Part shown: positions 16,566-26,606 of the stretch, piece by piece
How positions within the stretch are numbered: the first letter of the stretch is position 1
Layout of the letters: the number at the start of each line of letters is the position of its first letter
From: Rubripirellula sp.
GTDB lineage: Bacteria; Planctomycetota; Planctomycetia; Pirellulales; Pirellulaceae
Assembly: GCA_965216875.1 (NCBI GenBank)
Contig: OZ244207.1
Span: forward strand, 2,592,001-2,656,000
Length of the DNA stretch: 64,000 nucleotides
Direction of reading: 5' to 3'
Made by a program: the position numbers and the translations under genes
The notes under the pieces: model-generated
Database searches by the model: none
The model's input: only the letters and a program-made list of their open reading frames with translations
What the model was told of the DNA's origin: nothing

Positions 16566-18019
16566 CTCGTTCCCTCGCGGTCTTGGTCGACGGATTGTCG
16601 ATTCTTTGAACCTTGCATCAATTGTCTCAAACCACCGAAGCGGCTTGACCAGTTCCCACCATGTGTTAGTTGTAGCGCGGCCTTCAAGGTTTGGCGATCA
16701 CCCGTGTTGCGAGGTTCCAGATGAGGCAACCATTTGCCGCGGCGAACGGTCGTCACCTTCGGACGTGTCATCGCAAGCAGTCCTTCCTTTCCACGCGTCA
16801 CGCCGAAACCGCTCCGACCACAACCACCAAAGGGCAATCGCGGATCAACGGTTGGCACGATCATATCGTTGATGGTCACGCACCCAACATCCATTCCCCG
16901 AGCGAGCCCTTGGGCTTCGCCTTGCGATGCAAAAATTGAGACGCCGAGGCGATAGTTGCATTGATTGACAATGTCCGCGGCCTGCTCGAGTCGAGCGATC
17001 CTGATCATCGAAACCACGGGGGCGAAGATGTCTGAATTAGCGATCGACATGTCTGCCTTGACCTGATCCAAAACGACCGGCTTTATCGCTGCGTCACTGC
17101 GAATCGCATCTGGATCGATCACACCGACAACCGCAACCGCACCTTGGTCTCGCGCCACGTTCAACTGGTCGATCACGCCGGGAATTGCCGAAGGGTGAAT
17201 CGGCAGAGTCGATGTGTCGGACAATCGTTTCGACAGCCGCGAAATCAGTTCGTCGGCAACGCGGTCGGTTGCGACGATTCGCCGTGGGCCGATGCAAGTA
17301 GCGCCACTGTTGATGGTGAGCCCAAAGACGATTGCATCGCAAGCCCGTTCAATGTCAGCGGTGTCAGCCACAACCACTGCGTCACAGCCACTGAGTTCCA
17401 TGACGGTTGGCGTCAACGTCTTCGCCGTTTGTGCGGCAACCTTCGATCCCGTTTCGGCCGATCCGGTGAGCACAACGAGGTCGATTCCTTGATCAATGGC
17501 GTCGATCGCCGACTGCGGTGACGGGTCAAGTTGGCAAAGCGAACTTGTTGGCACGCCGCTGTTGTGCAAACAAGCAATCCACGACGCGGTGACTTGTTCG
17601 GTTCCGGGCGCGGGTTTGACGAGCACTTGGTTTCCGGCCGCTAGTGCTTGTGCGGTTTGAATCCCCGGCAGCAAGATCGGATAATTCCAAGTGCCAATGA
17701 CGAGCACCGTGCCGTGGGCAACTCGCTCGACTCGAGCTCGGTGCCCCCACATCCACAGGGGGCGACCTAACCAGCCAACCTCGCGTGGCGCAAGGACCTT
17801 CGAACCTTGCTGGCGAATGTATCGAAGCGCATCGCAGAACGGAAACAATTCACTTGTGAGTGTCTCGACGTCATCTTTCCGCTGCGGCGACCGCGAGATC
17901 TCAAGAAACTCATCAGTCCTGGCAACCACGCCCGCCGCGGCTGCCGCAACGCGTCGACAACGCTCCCGAATCGGCACGTCAGACCAGCCGTGATCTCTGT
18001 GAAATGCGGTACCTGACAA
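16562..18019 (-). CDS. aldehyde dehydrogenase (CrtNc/AldH-like)
   Basis: GTWNYP, LTGS, MELSGCD, GATC, IFAPV and LPFGG motifs; coupled to the desaturase. Confidence 0.88.
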   Translation of the reverse strand: MSGTAFHRDHGWSDVPIRERCRRVAAAAAGVVARTDEFLEISRSPQRKDDVETLTSELFPFCDALRYIRQQGSKVLAPREVGWLGRPLWMWGHRARVERVAHGTVLVIGTWNYPILLPGIQTAQALAAGNQVLVKPAPGTEQVTASWIACLHNSGVPTSSLCQLDPSPQSAIDAIDQGIDLVVLTGSAETGSKVAAQTAKTLTPTVMELSGCDAVVVADTADIERACDAIVFGLTINSGATCIGPRRIVATDRVADELISRLSKRLSDTSTLPIHPSAIPGVIDQLNVARDQGAVAVVGVIDPDAIRSDAAIKPVVLDQVKADMSIANSDIFAPVVSMIRIARLEQAADIVNQCNYRLGVSIFASQGEAQGLARGMDVGCVTINDMIVPTVDPRLPFGGCGRSGFGVTRGKEGLLAMTRPKVTTVRRGKWLPHLEPRNTGDRQTLKAALQLTHGGNWSSRFGGLRQLMQGSKNRQSVDQDREGTR

Positions 18020-18420
18020 TGCAAAATCCCTCGTGCTGGCTCGTCATGCAGGAAGCCAATGGCTCGATCAACGCTCCTCAAACCGACCACCCGGGACGTC
18101 GGCAAGAGACGCGAGATTCGCGACTGCGACGGCAAACGTCACGCGCCGGTGAACGCTCGATCGAACGACCTCCGAGTCGATTTGAACACGTCGTTGGGGT
18201 CACTGTACAGCAGCGGTCAAAAAACTGCACAATGCGTAGCGGACAAGTAAACTATGACGGGCTAGGTGATCGAGGCCCGTCGCTTTACAATGGACCTGCA
18301 TCGCGAACGCTCGATTCGGCGTCTCGATTGCCGAAATTCGCGTATATTGGAACGTGGGTGCTCGAAAGCTTCCCGCGTTGATTCCTTCCACGCTTTCCTA
18401 CCTATTTTCGCGTTCTTGAG

Positions 18421-19719
18421 TTGTCGCCGGTGGCGGACGATTGGAATTCAGGTGTTGTTTTCTCGGAACTGACTGACGTCGGTATGCGCCGAGCCAACAA
18501 CCAGGACTCAATGGCTTCGTTGCCAGCCAAATCGGCCGATCGTTTCCAGCATCGCGGGCATCTTTTTGTTGTTGCCGACGGAATGGGGGCACACGCTGCA
18601 GGTGAACTCGCCAGCCGGATGGCGACTGAAACCATCGCGATGCACTATTTCCGCGCCTCGGAAGTCGAAGCCATCGATGCGCTGCGTTCTGCGGTGATCG
18701 AATCGAACGCCGAAATCCATCGCCGAGGCCAGCAGAATCCCGAATTTCACAACATGGGAACGACAGCCAGCTCGTTGGCCTTGATTCCCGATGGTGCCGT
18801 CGTTGCCCATGTCGGCGACTCGCGCGTCTATCGACTGCGCGGCGGAACGCTCGAACAGCTGACCTTTGACCATTCCCTCGTTTGGGAAATGGAAGCGAGC
18901 GGACAGGTGCATCCCGAAAGCGCGTTGGGGCAATCGATTCCGCGCAACGTCATCACGCGATCGCTTGGTCCCAATGCCGAAGTTCAAGTCGATGTCGAAG
19001 GCCCGTTTCCTGTTCAAAAAGGGGACGTGTTCCTTTTGTGCAGTGACGGACTGACCGGTTTGGTCGAAGACACCGAGATTGGCACGCTCATGGATTGCTT
19101 GCCGGAAGAGCTTGCCACTCGCGTGTTGGTCGACCTGGCCAATCTTCGTGGCGGCCCGGACAACACAACCGTGATCATTGTTCGTGTCGCGGATGAACTG
19201 GATTCGCATTCCGCTCGATCCTCTAAGCGAGGCGGCGACAAAGGTGGCAACACCTTCCTGTACCTCTTGGCAACCGCGATCGTCTGTGCATTGGTGGCCG
19301 TGTTGCTGGGCGTGATCGGGGAAATTGGCCCCATGATCGTCGCCTTCATCATGGGATTGATCGCGACCGGTTTCGCGATCGCTCATCAAGTCAATGCTTC
19401 ACGCCACCAACATCAAAACCCCCTTCCAAAGGTTTCGGGAGGCAATGGCCCTTACCGATCCTACAACGCCACCGCTTCAAGTGAGCTCTACCAACGACTT
19501 GGCGAAACCGTCCAGGAGTTGCGCGCGGCAGCGACCGACCGAAATTGGATGATGGACTGGAAGCGAATTGATGGTTTTCAGAAGAAAGGCCAAGAGGCAC
19601 TCAAACGCCGCGATGCGAAAAAAGCAATTCGCTATCAAGCCGAGGCCATCATTGAAACGATGAACCAGCTTCGCGAGCAAAACAATCGGGCCGCCAACGA
19701 AACGGCAATCGACCACTAA
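18421..19719 (+). CDS. PP2C/PPM Ser/Thr phosphatase with a membrane hairpin
   Basis: TDVGMRRANNQD, VADGMG, MGTT, HVGDSR, TRSLG, LCSDGL and GGPDN motifs, then two hydrophobic helices. Confidence 0.93.
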   Translation: MSPVADDWNSGVVFSELTDVGMRRANNQDSMASLPAKSADRFQHRGHLFVVADGMGAHAAGELASRMATETIAMHYFRASEVEAIDALRSAVIESNAEIHRRGQQNPEFHNMGTTASSLALIPDGAVVAHVGDSRVYRLRGGTLEQLTFDHSLVWEMEASGQVHPESALGQSIPRNVITRSLGPNAEVQVDVEGPFPVQKGDVFLLCSDGLTGLVEDTEIGTLMDCLPEELATRVLVDLANLRGGPDNTTVIIVRVADELDSHSARSSKRGGDKGGNTFLYLLATAIVCALVAVLLGVIGEIGPMIVAFIMGLIATGFAIAHQVNASRHQHQNPLPKVSGGNGPYRSYNATASSELYQRLGETVQELRAAATDRNWMMDWKRIDGFQKKGQEALKRRDAKKAIRYQAEAIIETMNQLREQNNRAANETAIDH

Positions 19720-19726
19720 CGACGCG

Positions 19727-19863
19727 CCTATCTTCGTAGTGGACGAGGCTACGAGTCCTCCCTTCCGCACATCTTCCTATCTTCGTAGTGGACGAGGCAA
19801 CGAGTCCTCCCTTCCGCACATCTTCCTATCTTCGTAGTGGACGAGGCAACGAGTCCTCCCTTC
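19727..19863 (+). repeat. 49-bp tandem repeat (about 2.8 copies) carrying a GTAG-type REP
   Basis: units start at 19727, 19776 and 19825; core GTAGTGGACGAGGC(T/A)ACGAGTCC with a GGAC/GTCC stem. Confidence 0.92.
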
Positions 19864-20097
19864 TTTCTGCACCTGAGCCGAGATCCCCTAAACGGCCAGC
19901 TTTGAACGCGATGCCACTTGGCAAACGGCCCCAGACCTCACAGCCAGCGGCCCACTGGAACTGCGAATTCACCGGCGATTCAGCGTCAAAACCGCGGTTG
20001 CTAGCATCGTCAATTCCTCTACCGCCCAAGGTGTGTGGTTTGCTACAGACGGCAGCAGAATTAGAGAGTTGTCCTGACGCCGTGTTTCTGCCCCATC

Positions 20098-21294
20098 ATG
20101 CCCACCCGCCTGACCCGTTACATCCTGATTGAGATCCTTAAGATCTTTGTCGTCGCGCTCGTTGCGTTGACGCTCTTGATCCTGATGATTGGGATTGGTC
20201 GAGAGTTGTTGCGGCGGGGGTTGGGGCCGGTCGCGGTGGTTCAGCTGTTGCCTTACGTGCTGCCCATCTCGTTGCAGTTTGCGTTTCCAGCGACGGCGTT
20301 ATTCTCGGTTTGTTGTGTCTATGGCCGCATGGCCGCGGACGGTGAAGTCGCGACGGTCAAAGCGTCCGGCGTTTCGCCTCTAAAACTCCTCCAACCTGCA
20401 ATCGTGTTTGCAGCGCTCTTGAGCCCTGCGGCAGTTGCGGTTTCGGACCTCGCTGTCTCATGGGGCCGGCCCGGCGTCAACCGTGTGGTGCTACGATCAA
20501 TCGAAGACATCGCCTACAGATGGTTGCAGAACGAACATTCCTATACTTCGGATCATGGCTTTTCGATCCATGTCAGCGAGGTGGTCGGTGAGCGATTGAT
20601 CAGTCCTGTGGTAGCGATCCACAACGGCGGCAAGAACGGACCGATCAAGCTTTCGGCAACCGAGGGGCAGCTGCGATTTGACGAAGAGACCGAAACGCTC
20701 ATCTTGATGGTGGTCGACAGCAAGGTCGAAGTGGGACACCTGCTTCATAGCACTTGGCCTGGCGAGGCGGAGTTTCCGATCCCCCTTTCAGGAGCGATGG
20801 GTGATCGCGATGTTCAGCACATGAGCCCAAGTGAGCTTCCGCTGCGGCTGATTCGCAGCGAGCGGCTTCGGCAAGACACGCGGACGCATGCTGCCGTCGG
20901 CCAAATGGCGGCCAACACCGGCTTTGCCATCTTGTCGTCACGAAAAGAAGCCATCGCCGGGCCGACCGGTCAAGCGATTGAGCACCACCTCAAGCACAGT
21001 CGCAAGCGATTGAACCGCCTTCACACCGAACCTTGGCGGCGGTGGGCCGAGGGGTTCAGTTGCTTCTTCTTTGTGCTCGTCGGAGCGCCGCTGGCAATGA
21101 TTGCCAAGACAAGCGACTATTGGACGACGTTCGGTCTTTGCTTTCTCCCGACGCTGCTGCTGTACTATCCGCTTTTCATTTTCGGCCTCGAGCAGGCGAA
21201 AGATGGCGTGGTCCCACCCTACGGTGTTTGGCTGGGCAACGGCATCCTGGCAATGATTGGGGTGGTTCTCATCGCCCGGGTTAGACGCTACTAG
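20098..21294 (+). CDS. LptF/LptG family permease
   Basis: RYILIEI, YGRMAADGE...KASGVS and late ...GAPLA helices; periplasmic middle domain. Confidence 0.9.
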   Translation: MPTRLTRYILIEILKIFVVALVALTLLILMIGIGRELLRRGLGPVAVVQLLPYVLPISLQFAFPATALFSVCCVYGRMAADGEVATVKASGVSPLKLLQPAIVFAALLSPAAVAVSDLAVSWGRPGVNRVVLRSIEDIAYRWLQNEHSYTSDHGFSIHVSEVVGERLISPVVAIHNGGKNGPIKLSATEGQLRFDEETETLILMVVDSKVEVGHLLHSTWPGEAEFPIPLSGAMGDRDVQHMSPSELPLRLIRSERLRQDTRTHAAVGQMAANTGFAILSSRKEAIAGPTGQAIEHHLKHSRKRLNRLHTEPWRRWAEGFSCFFFVLVGAPLAMIAKTSDYWTTFGLCFLPTLLLYYPLFIFGLEQAKDGVVPPYGVWLGNGILAMIGVVLIARVRRY

Positions 21295-21667
21295 GCGGAT
21301 CGTGGGCGGTCTATCGCCGCTGGAATAATCGCGCCAATGTGCCCGTCGATGGTGCTCGCTCCGGTGCCTGGATTCCGATTCATCTACGTCAGGGCTTGAA
21401 ATCCCCTCATCACGACTAAACTAACCGTCGAACGACTTTGCTAGACCACCTCAGCGGGGGTCGCGTCAAACCCTGTATTTTCTGCGTTTTCCACGCTGCA
21501 GCCGGTACCAACTGACATCACGCAAGCGTTCTCGTGGCGGACCAATGCGGTCCCTCACGCGTTTCTTGAGAGTGCGGCTGAAATTGTTTTTTCGGTGGCA
21601 GCTTTCCCATACTGTTCAAACGACTACCCCTGCGTTCTCAGGCTTGAATGCAGGACAGGAGCCCTCG

Positions 21668-22996
21668 ATGGTTGCCAATCGCGATGCATTTTTGTCGGCC
21701 GTCCAACAACGCGAGTGCACGATCGGCGTGATCGGCCTGGGCTATGTTGGCTTGCCTCTGATCGACGCCTTTACCAACGCAGGCTTTCGATGCCTTGGCT
21801 TTGACGTCGACAGCCAAAAGGTGGATGCCTTGAAGGCGGGCAAGAGCTACATCAAGCACATTGACGACGAAAAGATCGCCGCGTGGCACGACAAAGGCCT
21901 GTTTGACGCCACCGACGACATGAAGCGTCTCAGTGAACCCGACGCTTTGCTCATTTGCGTCCCAACCCCATTGGACGACGCGCGTGACCCCGACCTGAAG
22001 TACGTCGAAGGGACCTGCGAAAAGATTGGTGCGGTGATTCGTGCGGGACAATTGGTTGTACTGGAAAGTACGACCTACCCAACGACCACTCGCGACGTAA
22101 TGATTCCACTGCTCGAGCAAAACGGCCTGAAGGCCGGAGACGACTTCTTTGTCGCCTACAGTCCCGAACGCGAAGATCCAGGCAACCCAGACTTTAGCGC
22201 CGCTGGCATCCCTAAGGTGGTCGGTGCCATCAACGACGACAGCCTTCAATGTGCAAGCGAACTTTACAAGTCAGCCGTTGCGGGTGTGATCCCGGTTAGC
22301 AGCTGCGAGGTCGCTGAAGCCTGTAAGGTGCTTGAGAACATTTACCGCGCCGTCAACATCGCACTGGTCAACGAACTCAAGACGATCTTTGACTCGATGG
22401 ACATTGATGTCTGGGAAGTCATCAATGCGGCAAAGACCAAGCCGTTCGGTTTCCAGGCCTTCTATCCCGGTCCTGGTCTTGGCGGCCACTGTATTCCCAT
22501 CGACCCCTTCTATCTTTCGTGGCTGGCACGAAAGCAGGGGATGAACGCACGATTCATCGAACTCGCTGGCGAAGTCAATCGCGCGATGCCGGAATACGTC
22601 GTCAGTCGAACATCGCAGTTCCTCAATGAAGCCAGCAAACCGATTCGCGGCAGCAAGATTTGTATGCTTGGCGTCGCTTACAAGAAAGACGTTGATGATC
22701 CTCGCGAAAGCCCGTCGTTCGAATTGATGGAACTGTTGCTGGAACTGGGCGCCGATTTGACCTACAGCGACCCGCACGTGCCATCGTTGCCGAGCATGCG
22801 ACACTATGATCTTCCAGCAATGGAAAGCCAGGAACTGACCCCCGAGTTCTTGGCGTCGCAAGATGCTGTGTTGATCGCGACCGACCACACGGCGTTCGAC
22901 TACGATGGCATCGTGAAAAACGCTTCCCTCGTTGTGGACACGCGCAACGCAACAGCAAACGTCACCCAAGGACGCGAGAAAATTCGCAAGACGTGA
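21668..22996 (+). CDS. UDP-N-acetylhexosamine/UDP-glucose 6-dehydrogenase (WbpA/WecC family)
   Basis: GLGYVG, CVPTP, ESTTYP, SPER, GGHCIP and GVAYKKDVDDPRESP; AGGAG RBS before ATG 21668. Confidence 0.95.
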   Translation: MVANRDAFLSAVQQRECTIGVIGLGYVGLPLIDAFTNAGFRCLGFDVDSQKVDALKAGKSYIKHIDDEKIAAWHDKGLFDATDDMKRLSEPDALLICVPTPLDDARDPDLKYVEGTCEKIGAVIRAGQLVVLESTTYPTTTRDVMIPLLEQNGLKAGDDFFVAYSPEREDPGNPDFSAAGIPKVVGAINDDSLQCASELYKSAVAGVIPVSSCEVAEACKVLENIYRAVNIALVNELKTIFDSMDIDVWEVINAAKTKPFGFQAFYPGPGLGGHCIPIDPFYLSWLARKQGMNARFIELAGEVNRAMPEYVVSRTSQFLNEASKPIRGSKICMLGVAYKKDVDDPRESPSFELMELLLELGADLTYSDPHVPSLPSMRHYDLPAMESQELTPEFLASQDAVLIATDHTAFDYDGIVKNASLVVDTRNATANVTQGREKIRKT

Positions 22997-24114
22997 GTGG
23001 CGATCGCCTTGAAGTTCTTGCCGTCGAACCTTTTTTCGGCGGCAGCCACCGAGCCTTTCTCGAGGCGGTTTGTCGCCAAAGCCGCCATCGCTGGACGCTT
23101 CTCACCAGCAAGCCGCTGCATTGGAAATGGCGCTATCGTGTTGCGCCGTGGGAGCTCGCAAAAGCTGCCGCGGACATCGAAAGACCCGATGTCGTTTTTT
23201 GCAGCAGCATGTTGGATCTGCCAGCGTGGCGCGGCCACAGCCGCAAAGTCGATGTCATGCACGCGCCCACGGTCACGTACTTCCACGAAAGCCAGTGGTC
23301 GTACCCTCTCCATCCCAGCGCAAAACCCGATCACCAATATGGCTATGCGAACCTGATCACCGCACTTGAATCCGATGAGTGTTGGTTCAATTCGCACTAC
23401 CACCGTGATGATTTTCTTCGCGAGTCAAAGTCGTTCGTGAAACGCATGCCTGATTCTCAGGAACTCTTTGACTTTGACGCACTCGCCAAGCGAAGCCGAG
23501 TGATCTATCCCGGATTCGATCCGCCCGAGATCCAGCGTCCTGTGACTGCCTCCACCGAGCCCACAGGAGAGGAACGTCCATTACGAATCGGTTGGGTTTC
23601 TCGCTGGGAACACGACAAACAGCCCGATCAATTCCTCGAGCTACTCAAACGGATTCACCAAGACGGCATCGAATACGAACTGATCCTTTGCGGTGCACGC
23701 CCCCGTGTGATGCCCCAGGAACATCAGCAGATCGTCGACTTGGCAGGCCCGAGACTCGTTGCCGATGCCTATGCGGCAACACGAAAGGAGTACTGGAATC
23801 GGCTCGGTCAAATGGACGTGGTGGTTTCCACAGCGGCACATGAGTTTTACGGAATCGCTGTGTGCGAAGCGATTTGGGCCGGTGCAGTGGCGATCCTACC
23901 GAACCGACTGAGCTATCCCGAACTTGTCTCTCAAGAGTGCTTGTATGAAAGCCTTGATCATGGAGCCGAGATAATCTCAGCGCTGAGAAACCGACAGCAA
24001 AGAGAGCAAATCCAAGCGGACCAACGAGATCGAATGCGAGCGCATATGTGCAGCCACACGGTCAAGCAGATCGACGATCAATTGGTAGCCGTTTCCAGGC
24101 AAAACCGAAAATGA
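22993..24114 (+). CDS. DUF3524 / GTDC1 (QTMAN)-like GT-B glycosyltransferase
   Basis: EPFFGGSH, HWKWR, YFHESQ, FNS.YH, RWEHDK.P and HEFYGIAVCEA...PNRLSYPE. Confidence 0.88.
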   Translation: MSGDRLEVLAVEPFFGGSHRAFLEAVCRQSRHRWTLLTSKPLHWKWRYRVAPWELAKAAADIERPDVVFCSSMLDLPAWRGHSRKVDVMHAPTVTYFHESQWSYPLHPSAKPDHQYGYANLITALESDECWFNSHYHRDDFLRESKSFVKRMPDSQELFDFDALAKRSRVIYPGFDPPEIQRPVTASTEPTGEERPLRIGWVSRWEHDKQPDQFLELLKRIHQDGIEYELILCGARPRVMPQEHQQIVDLAGPRLVADAYAATRKEYWNRLGQMDVVVSTAAHEFYGIAVCEAIWAGAVAILPNRLSYPELVSQECLYESLDHGAEIISALRNRQQREQIQADQRDRMRAHMCSHTVKQIDDQLVAVSRQNRK

Positions 24115-24207
24115 AGCTTCTGTTTAGGGCCAGAAATCACCATTCCACTACGGTGATGCGAGTGTTCAAATGCATGCAGAAAGCTTCGCATCTGTTCGCC
24201 GAAAACG

Positions 24208-25032
24208 ATGAGCAAGAACCTACTCCGACGTACCAAAAACGCTTGCGGTCGATTTTACTGGTGGTTCTTTTACAAGAATGCTCTCGCGGGCAGAGTCGTC
24301 GAACTTCTGGGCAATCGAGGTCGTGTTGCGGGCATGACCTTTGACCTCGACAACCCGTACATTGCAACGTTTCTCAAGAGCCGTTTTCTTTTTCGAACGT
24401 ACGAAGATGGCGCCGAAGAACTGATTTCTCGTCACCTCAACTCAGCTCTTCCTGTGATTGAGTTTGGAGGCTGCATCGGCGTCATCTCCTGCCTGACCAA
24501 CCGAGCGCTCAACGACCCCAAGCAACATATTGTCGTCGAAGCACAACCGTTTCTCATTAAGACGCTTGAAACAAACCGCGACCAAAACCAATGCCAATTT
24601 AAGGTCACTCACGCTGCATTGGCCTATGGCTCAGACTCCGTCGACTTCTGGATCAATCCCAACTACTTCATTGGCAACAGCACCACGCCGAGGAACGGCG
24701 GCCAAACTGTACAGGTACCTTCCGTGTCGCTCAAGAAACTCATGGACGAGAGTGGCTTCGACAGAATCACCTTGATCGTTGACGTCGAAGGGGCCGAAAC
24801 GGAGTTGGTGGACTACGAACTTGAATTGATGTCCCAGGTCGTCGACACCCTCATCATTGAACTTCATCCCGCCGAATGGGGCGCAGGGCGCGAAGCGATA
24901 GAGAAGCTAAAAAACCAATTGAGTCACGCCGGTTTCACCGAAGTGGCTCGCGTAAAGACAGATTTCGTTTACCACAACACGGCGTTCAGCCGACCTGACG
25001 CATTTGACGGATATCCCCGGACGGATCCTTAG
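24208..25032 (+). CDS. FkbM family methyltransferase
   Basis: IEFGGCIG, VVEA.P, IVDVEGAE and IELH motifs. Confidence 0.85.
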   Translation: MSKNLLRRTKNACGRFYWWFFYKNALAGRVVELLGNRGRVAGMTFDLDNPYIATFLKSRFLFRTYEDGAEELISRHLNSALPVIEFGGCIGVISCLTNRALNDPKQHIVVEAQPFLIKTLETNRDQNQCQFKVTHAALAYGSDSVDFWINPNYFIGNSTTPRNGGQTVQVPSVSLKKLMDESGFDRITLIVDVEGAETELVDYELELMSQVVDTLIIELHPAEWGAGREAIEKLKNQLSHAGFTEVARVKTDFVYHNTAFSRPDAFDGYPRTDP

Positions 25033-25191
25033 CACCAGTTTGAGAAGCAATCGCCGCAACATCGAACTAATCGCGTGCGGTTCCCAAGTCGCTGCGATGG
25101 GATGAATCTCAAGAAAGCTGAGCCGCCGACAACGCCGCGTTCGAAACCAATAGGGATCCGTTAGCTTATCCTTCCTCCCAACCAAGCGATC

Positions 25192-26145
25192 GTGATGTCT
25201 GTTAGCAAAACCGCTGCGCTGGCCCTTCTCCTCGCGCTCACCGCTTCCGTACCCGCCCAGGCCGATTGGTTCGGCAAACGCTTTTGTAACCTTGGCGCCG
25301 GTGGCGGCACCCATTGCGACACGCCTCTTTGTGACGGCGGTTGCGACGGCGCAAACTGTGATCGATATACAGGTCGCGCCTTCTTGTTTGGTTGGCCTTG
25401 TTCAACCGCCCAAAATCTGAGGATCAACCTTTCGGAACCGCTGTCGACCGATCGACCCGATTTCACCGAAGCGAGTCGCACCGTTGGTCTCGGCGTCACC
25501 CAGCTTGAAATGGGCTACACCTACACGACGGATGACGAAGGTGGTCGGACCAACCAACACACCTACCCCGAGCTTCTGGTTCGGCATGGGATCTTTCGTG
25601 ATTGGCTAGAACTCCGGCTCGCCTACACCGCCAACTCGTTCGATACGCCGGTCACGAGCGGAACGGGCAGCGAAGACTTGTACCTCGGCCTCAAGATTGG
25701 CCTCACGCCACAATACGGCTATTTGCCGGAAATGGCACTCATTCCTCAGATGACCGTCCCAAGCGGAAGTCGTGATCTCACCAGCGACAAAGTCCTTGGT
25801 GGATTGAATTGGATCTATGCCTGGGAAGTTTGCGACTGGCTTAGCATCGCTGGAAGCACACAGTTCAATCGCACGTTGGACGAATCGACCGGCAAAGAGT
25901 ACACCCAATGGGCACGGTCGGCCGTTGCAGGTTTTGCCTTGACTGACACGATCGGAGCGTACACCGAGTACTTTGGCTTTTACCCGCATCGTGCCGACGA
26001 TGATCCCGTCGAGCATTACCTCAACGGTGGATTCACGAAGCTCTTTGGCAACAACGTCCAATGGGACGTTCGCGCGGGAATGGGACTCACGCGTGACTCG
26101 GACGACTTCTTCGTGGGAACCGGTTTGACCGTTCGGTTCCTCTAG
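25192..26145 (+). CDS. outer-membrane beta-barrel 'transporter' (Phenol_MetA_deg-like)
   Basis: signal peptide, TDRPDFTE motif, alternating beta-strands, C-terminal ..TVRFL. Confidence 0.8.
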   Translation: MMSVSKTAALALLLALTASVPAQADWFGKRFCNLGAGGGTHCDTPLCDGGCDGANCDRYTGRAFLFGWPCSTAQNLRINLSEPLSTDRPDFTEASRTVGLGVTQLEMGYTYTTDDEGGRTNQHTYPELLVRHGIFRDWLELRLAYTANSFDTPVTSGTGSEDLYLGLKIGLTPQYGYLPEMALIPQMTVPSGSRDLTSDKVLGGLNWIYAWEVCDWLSIAGSTQFNRTLDESTGKEYTQWARSAVAGFALTDTIGAYTEYFGFYPHRADDDPVEHYLNGGFTKLFGNNVQWDVRAGMGLTRDSDDFFVGTGLTVRFL

Positions 26146-26154
26146 GAGCCATTC

Positions 26155-26574
26155 CTATTCCGAGTAGACGAAGTTGATGGGCGCGTCGATGTCGGGGTGC
26201 AAACTTTGGTGCACCGGACATTTCCGCGCCGCAGCCTCGAGCCGCTTTCTCATGTCGGCATCTTCAATCGCGCCGGGTAAGAGGGTGACCGTCGTCGGCA
26301 GTCGACCGATCCGACGAATGGGATCGGTCACCATCTCTTTACTGACATGAACTTTGGTGCCTTTGAGATCAAGACCATGCCGCTCGGCGACGAGCGCCAA
26401 AATGGTCATTACACAGGTTCCGAGTGCGGTTGCGACCAAATCGGTGGGCGAAAACGACTTGCCTTGCCCACCGTTATCAACTGGCGGATCGGTAAACAAT
26501 TCAATGCCACTTGGTCCGTGCTTGGCATCCACGCGCAAGTCGCCAGCATAAACCGCATCAATCTCAACAGCCAT
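26155..26574 (-). CDS. OsmC family protein
   Basis: TDPP.DNGG.G..FSPTDL..ALGTC and CPVH..L motifs. Confidence 0.92.
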   Translation of the reverse strand: MAVEIDAVYAGDLRVDAKHGPSGIELFTDPPVDNGGQGKSFSPTDLVATALGTCVMTILALVAERHGLDLKGTKVHVSKEMVTDPIRRIGRLPTTVTLLPGAIEDADMRKRLEAAARKCPVHQSLHPDIDAPINFVYSE

Positions 26575-26606
26575 CGTTCAACATCCCTATCTTACTTCTT
26601 CAATGA

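Noticed and set aside
19727..19863. possible mini CRISPR array
   Set aside because: The inter-repeat sequences are identical, so there are no unique spacers, and no cas genes are present; it is a tandem repeat.
21295..21667. possible riboswitch or sRNA in a long intergenic gap
   Set aside because: No recognisable aptamer or terminator; only a weak TTGAAA-15-TAAACT promoter-like match.
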